Part shown: positions 42,615-52,857 of the stretch, in pieces
Position numbering within the stretch: the stretch's first letter is position 1
Layout of the letters: every line of letters begins with the position of its first letter
Origin: a virus
DNA: 64,000 nt
Virus record (IMG/VR): IMGVR_UViG_3300022602_000037
Strand: one strand, 5' to 3'
Translations under genes and position numbers: made by a program
Notes under the pieces: generated by a model
The model's input: the letters and a program-made list of their open reading frames with translations, nothing else
Database searches by the model: none
What the model was told of the DNA's origin: nothing

Positions 42615-43052
42615 TTAAGCTACACGGAGCCCGTTGTCTTGATCAAATGTCAATTGCATTCTTTCTTGAAGATTATATTGCGAGTATTTTAGTGTAAAAG
42701 ATATCTGTAGGCCAGTATCATACGGAGTGATAACCACATTTCCGGCTTGAACTCTTGGGTCATAATTTACTATTTCATTAACGTTTTGCAATATCAAATT
42801 CTTAATTTCTTCAGTCAACGGTTCGAATATCAAGTCCCAAATTATAGTTCCAAAAGCAGGATTCATTAGACGTTCGCCCTGGCGAATATAAAAATGATTC
42901 AGTAAATCTTGTTTAATCAACTCAAAATCGTAGAGAGAAAAATTTTCAGTATTTCTACTAACAGTACTAAATCCTTTATAAGTTTTAGGAGGTGCAATGG
43001 TATTAGTTCCTACTGCTGGTACTGCAATTTTATGATATAGTTGTGATGCCAT
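42615..43052 (-). CDS. Baseplate wedge protein gp25-like
   Basis: LIKQDLLN....GER.M.P.FG..I...FEP....I......V..DPR. Confidence 0.9.
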   Translation of the reverse strand: MASQLYHKIAVPAVGTNTIAPPKTYKGFSTVSRNTENFSLYDFELIKQDLLNHFYIRQGERLMNPAFGTIIWDLIFEPLTEEIKNLILQNVNEIVNYDPRVQAGNVVITPYDTGLQISFTLKYSQYNLQERMQLTFDQDNGLRVA

Positions 43053-44704
43053 TATTTTCCTCCTTGTACCTTATTAAAAGTATCTGTTTTGGTTGTATAT
43101 TTTTGATAAAACTCCGGAGTAGCAATAGCACTTCCAGATTCTCTGTCTGTATTTGAAGTCTTAAATTTTGTAGCATCTAGATTTTCATGATGTGCATAAG
43201 GTTCAGTAGTAGGTATACGCAACATGATGCTGTTTATACTGCTTCCTGCCGATGCTGTTCCATCAGAACCAACAGTTGGTTCACCAGGATTATCAAATGT
43301 GCTCAACGGAGTAGGTGTTGTTGCTGCCGATGCAGAGCCAGCCGTGGCGGCTGCTGGTCCATTAAGGTTAATATTACCACCAGAAATAGTAGTATTAGCC
43401 GCACTAAGTTCCATATTACCGCCAGATGTTAATTTATTAGACCCACTTGTATTCAAATCAAATCCGCCACTAATTGTCATATTTGTTTGGCCGCCAACAG
43501 TAACATCCCATGTAGAACCAAAAGATTGTTTGTGTGCGCCTGTTATAGTTTCATCTTGTGTACCATCTACTTTTATCTTGACATTGCCGTTTACTATGGT
43601 AATTTTGTCTTTACCTATTTCGGTTTGATGTCTTCCTCCAACTTTTAGATTGAAATTCCGTTTGGCTTCAAAGTTAAAGTCTCGTCCTGCGTAAAAATTA
43701 AAATCGTGTTCACTATGCACACTAATACTGTCTTTAGCATAGATATCAATCTTACCGTCGCTAGTTAATTCTATCCAAGCAGTTCCTCTGCTATTTGTAA
43801 TATAGATAAGATCTTCACTGTTATGTAATAATATTTCATGGCCTGTTCTAGTTCTAATTCTTACCAACTCATTATGGGGAATATCAGGTTTACCAGTATA
43901 CTCGCCTTGCTCTACTGCCGCATAATCTGGAGGACCGTCCTTAGGTGTAGTCTTGCGTAAAAATTTATCATCACCGTCATCCATAACAAATGTAGTACCA
44001 CCTAATCTACTTACAGGAGAATTAGGTATTAGATGTTCTAATTTACCAACTGGGCCTTGTTTTGCTCCTGGACGTTTATCTAAAGGTCCTGGAGTACTAA
44101 TACCAAATACCATACTGGGTGCTTCTCTCCTAGCACTGCTGGTAGTTATTCCTCTTATATCGTCTTTTATCAGTCCTTGATGGTTTAATGCATCAGCTAA
44201 AGGATGCGTAGGTTTTTTAATCTGCGAAGGATCTGAAGGACTATTGTTTATTTGTTTGTTGTATTCTGCTGTAGGAGCTCGTGTATATGTACCTTCAACA
44301 TTATTTTGTGTTGCCGCTATACCTGGCAACATAAAATTAGCATTTTCATCTTGAACACATCCCATCCAGTAGCCTTGACGAGGATCTCCGTCAATAAAAA
44401 ACACAATCACAGTGGTTCCGGGATCGGGAGGTATCATCCACATACCATAACTTTTTTGAGTATTGTTATAATCGTTAGGATCGGCTTGAACATACTTAAC
44501 ACCAGTAATACCATAAAATGGACTCATATATTTTACTTGGTGGAGTTGACTTTCTGTTCCGTCGCCGCCTGCTGGTCTTAAAATTTCAACTTCTAATATA
44601 CCCATATAAGTAGGGTCAAGATGGCTAACAACTCGTGCTAGAAACGGGCCTGGTTTTTGTTCTGCATCGTGCGCAGGAGCGTAGTCATAATTTTTATCTG
44701 CCAT
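43052..44704 (-). CDS. Baseplate central spike (gp5/VgrG-like)
   Basis: OB-fold N-terminus (DP...G.L.V; SYGMWM.PPD.G..V.V.F..GD), RTRTGH, C-terminal beta-helix repeats; no lysozyme domain evident. Confidence 0.75.
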   Translation of the reverse strand: MADKNYDYAPAHDAEQKPGPFLARVVSHLDPTYMGILEVEILRPAGGDGTESQLHQVKYMSPFYGITGVKYVQADPNDYNNTQKSYGMWMIPPDPGTTVIVFFIDGDPRQGYWMGCVQDENANFMLPGIAATQNNVEGTYTRAPTAEYNKQINNSPSDPSQIKKPTHPLADALNHQGLIKDDIRGITTSSARREAPSMVFGISTPGPLDKRPGAKQGPVGKLEHLIPNSPVSRLGGTTFVMDDGDDKFLRKTTPKDGPPDYAAVEQGEYTGKPDIPHNELVRIRTRTGHEILLHNSEDLIYITNSRGTAWIELTSDGKIDIYAKDSISVHSEHDFNFYAGRDFNFEAKRNFNLKVGGRHQTEIGKDKITIVNGNVKIKVDGTQDETITGAHKQSFGSTWDVTVGGQTNMTISGGFDLNTSGSNKLTSGGNMELSAANTTISGGNINLNGPAAATAGSASAATTPTPLSTFDNPGEPTVGSDGTASAGSSINSIMLRIPTTEPYAHHENLDATKFKTSNTDRESGSAIATPEFYQKYTTKTDTFNKVQGGK

Positions 44705-44706
44705 CT

Positions 44707-47043
44707 TTAACTTCCTGCACTTTCGCCATCAGGGCCGTTGTATCCTGCCGGATCCCCTAGAGCTGGTGCTGTTTTATCGCCTTCGCCATCTGGGTTGTTA
44801 GGATTAACTGTACTCTCGCTAGTATTGAGAGGTTTACCAGATACTGTCATCTCTTGTGCTGGTCTTCTAAATCCAATTAAATTTTGTGTAAATTTACCTT
44901 GTTTGAAATGACTTTCAACATTATTAATACAATATAATCCGCTAAAAGCCATTACGGGTTTAGTAGTTCCAGATCCAAAATCATACATTCCAGTAGTTTG
45001 ATTAATATCTATAGGAGTTCTAAAATTTACAATAATATCAACTTCACCGCTTTGATGATTTACTGTACCATCAGCATTTAGATTTTTGAATTGACTTGGA
45101 GGCGAAGTATATGTACCTGTTCCGCTTTGAATAATAAAATAGGGATCACCAATAATTTCCATATTGAGTTGTAGCATATCAACACCGCCATTAATAGCAT
45201 CGTGCCATATGCGAGCCGCTCGAGTTTTTTGATCTTCAGAACCGCCGCCGCCCTTTTTATCTGTAGCCTGTGTAGTTCCTGAATATTTTATTGTAGTAGG
45301 ATTTTCTCCTAAATTACCCGAAGGAGCAGAACCTTGTTCTACAGGTTTTAGTGTTGGAACAACTTTATCTTTTGTCCCACCTTCTGCGGCAGAATTTTTA
45401 TTATCTTGAGTATTTGCTAAACTACTTGCTGGCAAACTTGTACTAAAAGTTGCATTGTATTCTATATCAAATTTTATTACATCGATATTTTTGCCTGTAT
45501 AGATATAATTGTATACTTTTACTGCTTGTTTTTTTAGTTCTTCGAACCCAGGTGCTCTAGTATTTGGAGGCATTATTTTACTTGTATGTGCTTCCCAAGG
45601 CACAACACGATAAACAATTAATCGAGGTTGTTTACCTGTACCTTTCTGATAATCTCCAATATTATAAACTTGAGTGTCAATTCTCCACCATTGTCGCATA
45701 CCAGTCGGAGTAACGTTTGACTCTTCAAGTGCTTTGTTTGCGTAGTCACTTTTTAACATTACCTGATTTATTGCATTTGGAATATCACTATCCTGTGTAA
45801 ACTTAAATTCACTCATTTTAGGATCAATTGTATTTTTTCCTCTAATGGTAACTTGTCCTTTAGGATCATAAAGTTTATTTTCTTTACCCATGCTTGGGTC
45901 GCCTTTTTTAACTTCATCAAATGCTAATACTGCTTTTCCTAAAGGATTACATGCTGATTGAGACTGTACTAGTGTTTTATTTGTACTACTTCTAGTAAGA
46001 CCTAATTTTGTAAATACTCCTTGCGCACTTGGTGCATCTATAGGCTGAGTAGCAGATGTGTTATTTTCACTAGTAGTAGAATCTGTCGCTAGTGTGACTC
46101 CAGACGATATATCAGTTGGGAACATGATTACTATTTCGTCTGGAATTTCAACTACTTTGTCGTCTTTTAATTTTTGTAGTCTTTGATTAACAGCAACTTG
46201 TAGACTTTTTTCTCCTGTTTGCAAAACTTCTTGCACAGTTTTTCCTGCTACAGATACATCAGTTTTCAATGAAGTATACTCTGCTGTGTGAGCTTGATCG
46301 GCTTGTGCAAACGCTTCCACATTGTATGTTGCACCTTTTTCATTAACTTTCATTGTTAAATTTTGAAACTTAAAAGGTATTTTACGAGTAGTGTTAGGCA
46401 CAGGCACCATAGATCCTGTTTCAGTTTCTCCTCTAAATTCAATGGTCAATAAAAATGTTGTATCTCTCCAATTACCTTTACCTTTTGTAGGTGCTACTAA
46501 ATTTGCGGCTTCTTGAACTGCAATATAAAACAACCCCATACTATAAGGCTCTATAATGTCAAATGTAATATTTGTAACACTAGAATTTTTTCCGCCTTGA
46601 CCGGTCAACACTCCATTAACTTGTAAATTATCAATATAAAAATCAAATTTACCATAGTCTGTATTAATCCTATTAGTAGGATCAGCGTTTGCTGATTTAC
46701 AAATTAAAGGATACTGACTTGTATTCATATACAATGCAGGATTACTCAACTGATCGTTGGATAATGCTCCTATGCCAAGAACATAATCATAACTTGCATA
46801 GACAAACAAGGGATTAGGTAATGGTAATTGTGTCCCTGATAGCGGTTTTATAAAACTTGATATACTTTGAAAAATACCTGATATTGCATCTCCGGCGGCA
46901 CTCAACGCACTTGCAGGGCCTTGTGAAAGAAAGTTTCCAACACTGCCTCCAATGTCAGATACTGTATCGCCTACAGCTTGAACTCCTGACTGTACAGAGG
47001 CAGTTGCTGAATCTAGTAATCCTGGTAATCCGTCAAGACTCAT
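44707..47043 (-). CDS. Baseplate hub-like protein (gp27/gpD position)
   Basis: 778 aa between the gp53-like and gp5-like genes; IIGDP and FSGLY....V.S.F..G.F.Q.L motifs. Confidence 0.55.
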   Translation of the reverse strand: MSLDGLPGLLDSATASVQSGVQAVGDTVSDIGGSVGNFLSQGPASALSAAGDAISGIFQSISSFIKPLSGTQLPLPNPLFVYASYDYVLGIGALSNDQLSNPALYMNTSQYPLICKSANADPTNRINTDYGKFDFYIDNLQVNGVLTGQGGKNSSVTNITFDIIEPYSMGLFYIAVQEAANLVAPTKGKGNWRDTTFLLTIEFRGETETGSMVPVPNTTRKIPFKFQNLTMKVNEKGATYNVEAFAQADQAHTAEYTSLKTDVSVAGKTVQEVLQTGEKSLQVAVNQRLQKLKDDKVVEIPDEIVIMFPTDISSGVTLATDSTTSENNTSATQPIDAPSAQGVFTKLGLTRSSTNKTLVQSQSACNPLGKAVLAFDEVKKGDPSMGKENKLYDPKGQVTIRGKNTIDPKMSEFKFTQDSDIPNAINQVMLKSDYANKALEESNVTPTGMRQWWRIDTQVYNIGDYQKGTGKQPRLIVYRVVPWEAHTSKIMPPNTRAPGFEELKKQAVKVYNYIYTGKNIDVIKFDIEYNATFSTSLPASSLANTQDNKNSAAEGGTKDKVVPTLKPVEQGSAPSGNLGENPTTIKYSGTTQATDKKGGGGSEDQKTRAARIWHDAINGGVDMLQLNMEIIGDPYFIIQSGTGTYTSPPSQFKNLNADGTVNHQSGEVDIIVNFRTPIDINQTTGMYDFGSGTTKPVMAFSGLYCINNVESHFKQGKFTQNLIGFRRPAQEMTVSGKPLNTSESTVNPNNPDGEGDKTAPALGDPAGYNGPDGESAGS

Positions 47044-47044
47044 A

Positions 47045-47344
47045 TTACAATCCTAAAAATGTTGTTAGCGCTGAACCTTTTGGTATATAAATTTGTGTCC
47101 CTGGAACAAAATCTAAGATAGGATCTTGTAGTACATCTAAATTACGTTGAATAAAAACCCACCACAGTGCGGCGTCTTTATACAAGTCAAATGCCAATAA
47201 ATCTGGTCTATAAGTATACTGAGGCTGAATAGTATATAAAAAATCATCAGCAGACGTTGGCACTGGTCTAATAGACAGTACATCTAAATAATTATTAGAT
47301 ATTGTTGTTGTAAACCAAGGACTAGCAGATTTGTATTTTGCCAT
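47045..47344 (-). CDS. Baseplate wedge gp53-like (LysM-like) protein
   Basis: YRPDLLAFDLY....LWWVF..RN....DP..DF..G..I.IP; start moved to MAKYK at 47344. Confidence 0.8.
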   Translation of the reverse strand: MAKYKSASPWFTTTISNNYLDVLSIRPVPTSADDFLYTIQPQYTYRPDLLAFDLYKDAALWWVFIQRNLDVLQDPILDFVPGTQIYIPKGSALTTFLGL

Positions 47345-47345
47345 A

Positions 47346-48341
47346 TTAGATGTATCCAAAACTATTATTGAGATATCCACCTTGAACAAATCTATCAAGA
47401 CTGAAATTCTTCACACTATTTCTACTGTACATTGGTTGTAGACTAATAGTAAAACTACTCTTTGTTGGTACATGTGTAACTCCGCCACTTGTTGTTCCAC
47501 CAAGACCTAACGACCCAGCTAATGAAGCAACTTGACCAATACCACCCGCTATACTACTTACCGTACTAGTGATATCTGATATACCAGGAATGGCTCCACC
47601 TAATGAATCAGCAAGTCCGCCAATTGAATCGGCTACACCGTTTATCTGGCCTGCCATACTACCAACAACATTAACACCAATATAATCGCAAGTGGAATCT
47701 AGTGTAGTTGTAAAACTTGTAACTACTACTGGCACATTCTTAAACACATAGTTTCCATAACCGTTTAAGAATACAATAGGAGGAGGATTACCTGCTTTAG
47801 GATCAGATCCTGTGAACATTTTGGTAAGACTTCGTAAATAATGTACCGCCGCGACCCAGTATAGACCTTGAGTTGGATCTTCAACGTTCATAGGTGCAGT
47901 AATTTGTATTTCACCTGGTTCGCTATTTTGAAAAGCCTTGAAAGCATAGTTAGAATGAGTGATAGGAATACTGGTATAACTGGCTTTACTGGTCATAGTG
48001 ATTTGAGGAGTATACGGAAAGATTAACCCGCCCGCATCTTTTAACGGAGCAAGCACTGGACTATTCCTAAAAGCCGGCCAAGTTGGCAAGCTCATTCTAA
48101 CACGCCAATCGTTAGAATTTGCATCTCCGCCAAAACTGGCCACAGCACTGAGTACATCGCCTACTGCTTCTCCTGCCGCTGGTAAATCTATGCTTCTAAT
48201 AGCACTCATTACTCCGCCATTGGCATATCCAGCGCTAATAGCACTAGATAAGTTACCGGCAACATTGATAGCATTAGTGCCCGCACCAATGATATTTTGT
48301 GAAGAAGTTATGTCTTGTATTAGATTATCGCCGAATGCCAT
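47346..48341 (-). CDS. Baseplate/tail-tube initiator-like protein (gp48/gp54-type)
   Basis: FPYTP.I...HSNY, GNPPP...L.GYG..VF.NVPVVV; first gene of the baseplate operon. Confidence 0.5.
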   Translation of the reverse strand: MAFGDNLIQDITSSQNIIGAGTNAINVAGNLSSAISAGYANGGVMSAIRSIDLPAAGEAVGDVLSAVASFGGDANSNDWRVRMSLPTWPAFRNSPVLAPLKDAGGLIFPYTPQITMTSKASYTSIPITHSNYAFKAFQNSEPGEIQITAPMNVEDPTQGLYWVAAVHYLRSLTKMFTGSDPKAGNPPPIVFLNGYGNYVFKNVPVVVTSFTTTLDSTCDYIGVNVVGSMAGQINGVADSIGGLADSLGGAIPGISDITSTVSSIAGGIGQVASLAGSLGLGGTTSGGVTHVPTKSSFTISLQPMYSRNSVKNFSLDRFVQGGYLNNSFGYI

Positions 48342-48363
48342 AATAATATTCCTTTTGGTATAT

Positions 48364-48399
48364 TATTTATTTGACTTTATTAAGTGCGTAGTTTATAAT
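48364..48399. promoter_or_regulatory. Back-to-back promoters: late AATAAATA (- strand) and sigma70 TTGACT-17-TATAAT (+ strand)
   Basis: TATTTATT at 48364-48371; TTGACT at 48371-48376; TATAAT at 48394-48399. Confidence 0.75.
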
Positions 48400-48425
48400 T
48401 AACCTATCAGAGGACTGAGAACAGG

Positions 48426-49253
48426 ATGACAACTAAAATAAATTACCTAAACAACAAGGATATGTTGTTAGAAATACATAGATCAAAAAGTTCATATTGT
48501 AGCTTTACCAAACCAGAATATCACCAATATGACATAATTTTACCTAGCATAGACAAAATTAATATACGTACTATAGCAGAAGCCAAACGCAATAGAGCCA
48601 AACGTATAGGAGATTTGGATTATCAAACTCGAAAAAAAGCCGGCGAAAAAGTCAAACAAGCAGACTGTGAAGTAGACTATAAAAAGATTGCTAAAACAGA
48701 TCTAGTCTTTAGGATTATGACATTTGATCATATCCCACTTAACAGTACTCGTAAAAAGAATCCCAAGAGTCTTGCTGACCATAGAGATAAGGTCAACTTT
48801 CCGCCATTCCAACATTGGAAATTTAATGACGCAGACGAACTCGAATGTGTTGGAAAAAGTCATTGGAAAGGTGATTTAGTCAAGGGTAAGTTTGATAAAG
48901 ATGCTGGCCAAATTACTAACACTTTAGCACGTATGATGTTAAAATTGTGTGAAAGGTATGCTACTCGCGGCAATGTTCGCGGTTACACATACAATGACGA
49001 AATGAAAGGACAGGCCATTTTGCAGTTAACACAAATTGGGTTACAATTTGACGAAAGTAAATCAGACAATCCGTTTGCTTATTTTACTGCGGCTGTTACT
49101 AATAGTTTTGTTCGTGTTATTAATATTGAGAAACGTAATCAAAATATTCGTGACGACATTTTAGAAATGAATGGAATGAATCCAAGTTATAGCCGTACTG
49201 GTGCTGGAGAACATGCGGCCGCAATGAAACGAAACGAGGAAGCCGGTGAGTAA
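48426..49253 (+). CDS. Late-transcription sigma factor (T4 gp55-like)
   Basis: NYLNNKD N-terminus; N.RGYTY.DEM...A......FD..KS.NPFAYFT.....F.R.I..EK; next to gp47/gp46 as in T4. Confidence 0.85.
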   Translation: MTTKINYLNNKDMLLEIHRSKSSYCSFTKPEYHQYDIILPSIDKINIRTIAEAKRNRAKRIGDLDYQTRKKAGEKVKQADCEVDYKKIAKTDLVFRIMTFDHIPLNSTRKKNPKSLADHRDKVNFPPFQHWKFNDADELECVGKSHWKGDLVKGKFDKDAGQITNTLARMMLKLCERYATRGNVRGYTYNDEMKGQAILQLTQIGLQFDESKSDNPFAYFTAAVTNSFVRVINIEKRNQNIRDDILEMNGMNPSYSRTGAGEHAAAMKRNEEAGE

Positions 49254-50259
49254 TTTATTCAAAAAAGTAGCGTGTTTTACTGATATACATTTTGGATTGA
49301 AATCTAACAGCTCGGTACACAACCAAGACTGTGAAGACTTTGTAGATTGGTATATTGCAAAAGCAAAGGAGGAAGGATGTGATACAGGTATCTTTATGGG
49401 AGACTGGCATCATAATCGTAATAGTCTTAATATCACTACAATGGACTATAGTCTTAGGGCGTTGGAAAAATTGGGTCAAGCGTTTGATAATTTTTATTTC
49501 TTCCCTGGTAATCACGACTTGTATTATAAAGACAAGCGAGATATTCACTCAGTGGAGTTTGGAAAATATATCCCTGGCATTACTGTTGTTCACGAGCCTA
49601 CCACTATTGGTAACGTCACTTTGTGTCCCTGGCTTGTTGGGGAAGAATGGAAAAGCCTAAAAGGCTCTAAGAGCAAATATATCTTTGGACACTTTGAATT
49701 GCCTTTATTTTATATGAATGCCATGGTACAAATGCCAGATCATGGCGAACTTAAAGCAGATGATCTGCGTGGGCCCGATTATGTATTTTCAGGTCATTTC
49801 CACAAACGTCAACAACAAGGCAATGTAGTTTATATCGGCAATGCATTTCCACACAATTATGCAGACACATGGGACGACGAACGCGGCATGATGATTTTAG
49901 AGTGGGGTAAAGAACCTGTATATTACACATGGGGTCAACAGCCTACATTCCGTACACTAAAATTAAGCGAATTAATCGACGGCGCAGACACTATTATTAA
50001 ACCTAAACAGCATTTGCGAGTTACATTAGATATCGATATCAGCTATGAAGAAGCTAGTTTTATTAAAGAAAAATTCATGACAGATTATGATATTCGAGAA
50101 TTAACTTTGATTGCTGAAAAGAAAGATATAGAAATTAATACTAATATTGATATACAGTCGTTTGAATCAGTAGATCAAATTGTTAGTAGTCAGATTATTA
50201 ACATTGAAAGTGACACTTACGACAAGAATACCTTGTTAAGCATTTATAATAGCCTATGA
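49246..50259 (+). CDS. Recombination nuclease gp47 (Mre11/SbcD-like)
   Basis: DIH, GDWHH, GNHD, GHFE, SGHFH metallophosphoesterase motifs. Confidence 0.92.
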   Translation: MSNLFKKVACFTDIHFGLKSNSSVHNQDCEDFVDWYIAKAKEEGCDTGIFMGDWHHNRNSLNITTMDYSLRALEKLGQAFDNFYFFPGNHDLYYKDKRDIHSVEFGKYIPGITVVHEPTTIGNVTLCPWLVGEEWKSLKGSKSKYIFGHFELPLFYMNAMVQMPDHGELKADDLRGPDYVFSGHFHKRQQQGNVVYIGNAFPHNYADTWDDERGMMILEWGKEPVYYTWGQQPTFRTLKLSELIDGADTIIKPKQHLRVTLDIDISYEEASFIKEKFMTDYDIRELTLIAEKKDIEINTNIDIQSFESVDQIVSSQIINIESDTYDKNTLLSIYNSL

Positions 50260-50386
50260 TAAAATTAAAAGAAATTGCATCAAAGAGTGTTTTGAAAAAG
50301 GCTTAAGGCCGCAAGAAGCGGCGCAAGTTAGCAATCTTAGAATGCTACCTTGGAAGGATAATTTAATGAGGCAATATGGCAATTAA
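50256..50386 (+). pseudogene. Relic of an HNH homing endonuclease with a duplicated gp46-like start
   Basis: Start-less frame 50276-50386 CIKECFEKGLRPQEAAQVSNLRMLPWKDNLMRQYGN*; mini-ORF MIKLKE... at 50256-50306. Confidence 0.55.
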
Positions 50387-52157
50387 ACTAAAAGAATTAA
50401 CGGTAAAAAATTTCATGAGTGTGGGTAACCAGACTCAAGCTGTAAACTTTGCACAACAAAATTTAACATTGGTCTTAGGTGAAAACTTAGATCAAGGCGG
50501 AGATGACAGCGGAAGTCGCAACGGTACAGGCAAGACAACTATAGTAAATGCACTTAGTTATGCCCTATTTGGCAATGCTTTAACTAACATTAAAAAAGAT
50601 AATCTTATCAATAAGATTAATTCAAAAGGCATGTTGGTTACACTAGCATTTGAAAAAGATGGCATAGATTATCGTATTGAACGTGGCCGTAAACCAAACA
50701 TTCTTAAATTTTTTGTAAACGATCAAGAGCAGGAAACCGTAGAAACTGATGATGCTCAAGGTGATGTAAGAGAAACACAAAAAGATTTAGACGATCTGAT
50801 CAGTATGAGTCACGATATGTTCAAGCATATTGTAGCATTGAACACTTATACAGAACCATTCTTAAGCATGCGGGCTAATGATCAACGTGTAATCATCGAA
50901 CAATTATTAGGAATTACCATACTAAGTGAGAAAGCAGAAGCACTCAAAGAGATGATTAAACTAACTAAAGATTCTATCACTCAAGAGTCTGCTAACATCG
51001 AAGCGGCCAAAAGAAGTAACGAAAAAATACAACAAAGTATTGACGGGTTGTTAACAAGACAAAGTGCTTGGAATACACAACATACACAAGAAGTGGAGAA
51101 AATTGCCCGTGCTATCGTAGAGCTAGAAAGTGTAGATATTGAAACTGAGCTTGCGAAGCATGCGGAGCTAAAAGCCTATGAAGAAAAGGCAGCGAAGCTG
51201 AAAAGCCTAAATAAGGAGCGGGCTACGCTAGAAAGCGCGATAGCGCAAGCAGAGCGAAGCGTTACAAAGTATAACGCTGAGCTTATGAAGTTGGCGAATA
51301 AGCAGTGCCATGCTTGTGAACAACAACTACATGATCACAAACATGAAGAAATGACCCAATTGGCTCAAACTCACCTTGACGAGGCCGGAAAATATTTCGA
51401 CAAGATCACACAAGATTTCAATAAAATACAGACAGAAATCAACAGTTTGGGCGAATTAAATACTCGACCCAACACTTACTATGACACCGTCGAGCAGGCG
51501 TTAAAACACCAGAACAATCTAAAGAGTTTAGAAAATCAGCTGACGATCAAGGCAGGAGAGTCTGATCCTTATCAAGAGCAAATTGACGAATTGACCGATA
51601 CTGCCATGCAGGAAATCACATGGGATCGTGTAAATGAACTAAGTGCAATCAAGGATCATCAAGAGTTCTTGCTTAAACTGTTAACATCTAAAGATTCGTT
51701 TATTCGCAAGAAAATCATTGACCAGAACCTTGCTTACTTGAACAACCGTCTAACTTATTATTTGGATAAAATGGGCTTGCCCCATACTGTTTTATTCCAA
51801 AACGACCTAAGTGTACTAATTACACAACTAGGACAAGATTTAGATTTTGACAATTTGTCGCGTGGTGAACGTAACCGCTTGATACTATCATTATCATGGG
51901 CGTTCCGTGATGTATGGGAAAGTTTGTATCAGCAGATTAACTTGTTGTTTGTAGATGAATTAATAGATAACGGGCTTGATGCATCGGGTGTAGAAGGCGC
52001 ACTAGCAGTGCTTAAAAAAATGGCACGTGAGCGTAAAAAGAACATTTTCCTAATTAGTCACAAGGACGAATTGATCGGACGTGTGAACAATGTCTTGAAA
52101 GTAGTTAAGGAAAATGGCTTTACCAACTATGCCAACGACCTAGAGATCAATGAGTAA
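50376..52157 (+). CDS. Recombination ATPase gp46 (Rad50/SbcC-like)
   Basis: KNFMS, Walker A NGTGKT, coiled coil with CHAC zinc hook, signature LSRGE, Walker B LFVDE, ISH. Confidence 0.93.
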   Translation: MAIKLKELTVKNFMSVGNQTQAVNFAQQNLTLVLGENLDQGGDDSGSRNGTGKTTIVNALSYALFGNALTNIKKDNLINKINSKGMLVTLAFEKDGIDYRIERGRKPNILKFFVNDQEQETVETDDAQGDVRETQKDLDDLISMSHDMFKHIVALNTYTEPFLSMRANDQRVIIEQLLGITILSEKAEALKEMIKLTKDSITQESANIEAAKRSNEKIQQSIDGLLTRQSAWNTQHTQEVEKIARAIVELESVDIETELAKHAELKAYEEKAAKLKSLNKERATLESAIAQAERSVTKYNAELMKLANKQCHACEQQLHDHKHEEMTQLAQTHLDEAGKYFDKITQDFNKIQTEINSLGELNTRPNTYYDTVEQALKHQNNLKSLENQLTIKAGESDPYQEQIDELTDTAMQEITWDRVNELSAIKDHQEFLLKLLTSKDSFIRKKIIDQNLAYLNNRLTYYLDKMGLPHTVLFQNDLSVLITQLGQDLDFDNLSRGERNRLILSLSWAFRDVWESLYQQINLLFVDELIDNGLDASGVEGALAVLKKMARERKKNIFLISHKDELIGRVNNVLKVVKENGFTNYANDLEINE

Positions 52158-52416
52158 ACACGTTGAACCTAGTCCTTATCAAAATGAAGAGAGCCATGAA
52201 CAACTCATGGCGGCTTTCAAGGAATATTTTAAGGCAAATCAAGATTGGCAAGCTAAAGGCACAAGAAGAGCAGGCGAAAATATGCGCTACTGGCTAGCGC
52301 AGATTAGAATTATAGCACGAGAACGCCGTACACATGTACAGCAATATCGTGTGTGGTTAGATCGTAACAAGGCAGCAAAAAAGGCAAACCAAAAGGCAAG
52401 TGATAGTGAGGACTGA
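52150..52416 (+). CDS. Small basic helical protein (possibly Hc1/histone-H1-like)
   Basis: 88 aa; KGTRRAG..MR..L..I......R..VQ pattern; family call is tentative. Confidence 0.6.
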   Translation: MSKHVEPSPYQNEESHEQLMAAFKEYFKANQDWQAKGTRRAGENMRYWLAQIRIIARERRTHVQQYRVWLDRNKAAKKANQKASDSED

Positions 52417-52431
52417 TTAACTACATAGTTA

Positions 52432-52857
52432 ATGTCCTGGTTTTATCAAGATCAAATAATAGATACTTTACCCGAAGATTGTGTTGGGTTTGTTTATATC
52501 ATAACAAACACCGTCTCGGGGCGCAAGTACATAGGCAAAAAACTGGCAAAATTCTCCAAAACTACTTACAAAATAGTAAAACTCAAAAACGGCACTAAGA
52601 AGAAAAAGCGAATTCGTAGCAAAATTGATTCAGACTGGCGAGACTATTATGGTAGTAGCCCTGAACTGACCAAGGATGTTGAGAAATTAGGCAAAGAAAT
52701 TTTTACTAGAGAAATACTTTTTTACTGTAAAAGCAAGGCAGAGTGTAGTTATATCGAAGCTCGTGAGCAGTTTGCACGTAGAGTTCTTGAATCTAAAGAC
52801 TATTATAATGGTCATATTCAAGTGCGTGTACATGGTTCACATATACTTAAATCTTAA
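52432..52857 (+). CDS. Stand-alone GIY-YIG nuclease-domain protein
   Basis: GFVY...YIGKK, YYGSS, REIL..C......Y.E, YYN; 141 aa with no separate DNA-binding domain. Confidence 0.85.
   Translation: MSWFYQDQIIDTLPEDCVGFVYIITNTVSGRKYIGKKLAKFSKTTYKIVKLKNGTKKKKRIRSKIDSDWRDYYGSSPELTKDVEKLGKEIFTREILFYCKSKAECSYIEAREQFARRVLESKDYYNGHIQVRVHGSHILKS

Noticed and set aside
52432-52857. GIY-YIG gene as an ordinary Seg-type homing endonuclease
   Set aside because: Too short and lacks a C-terminal DNA-binding region; not excluded, but not supported as a mobile element
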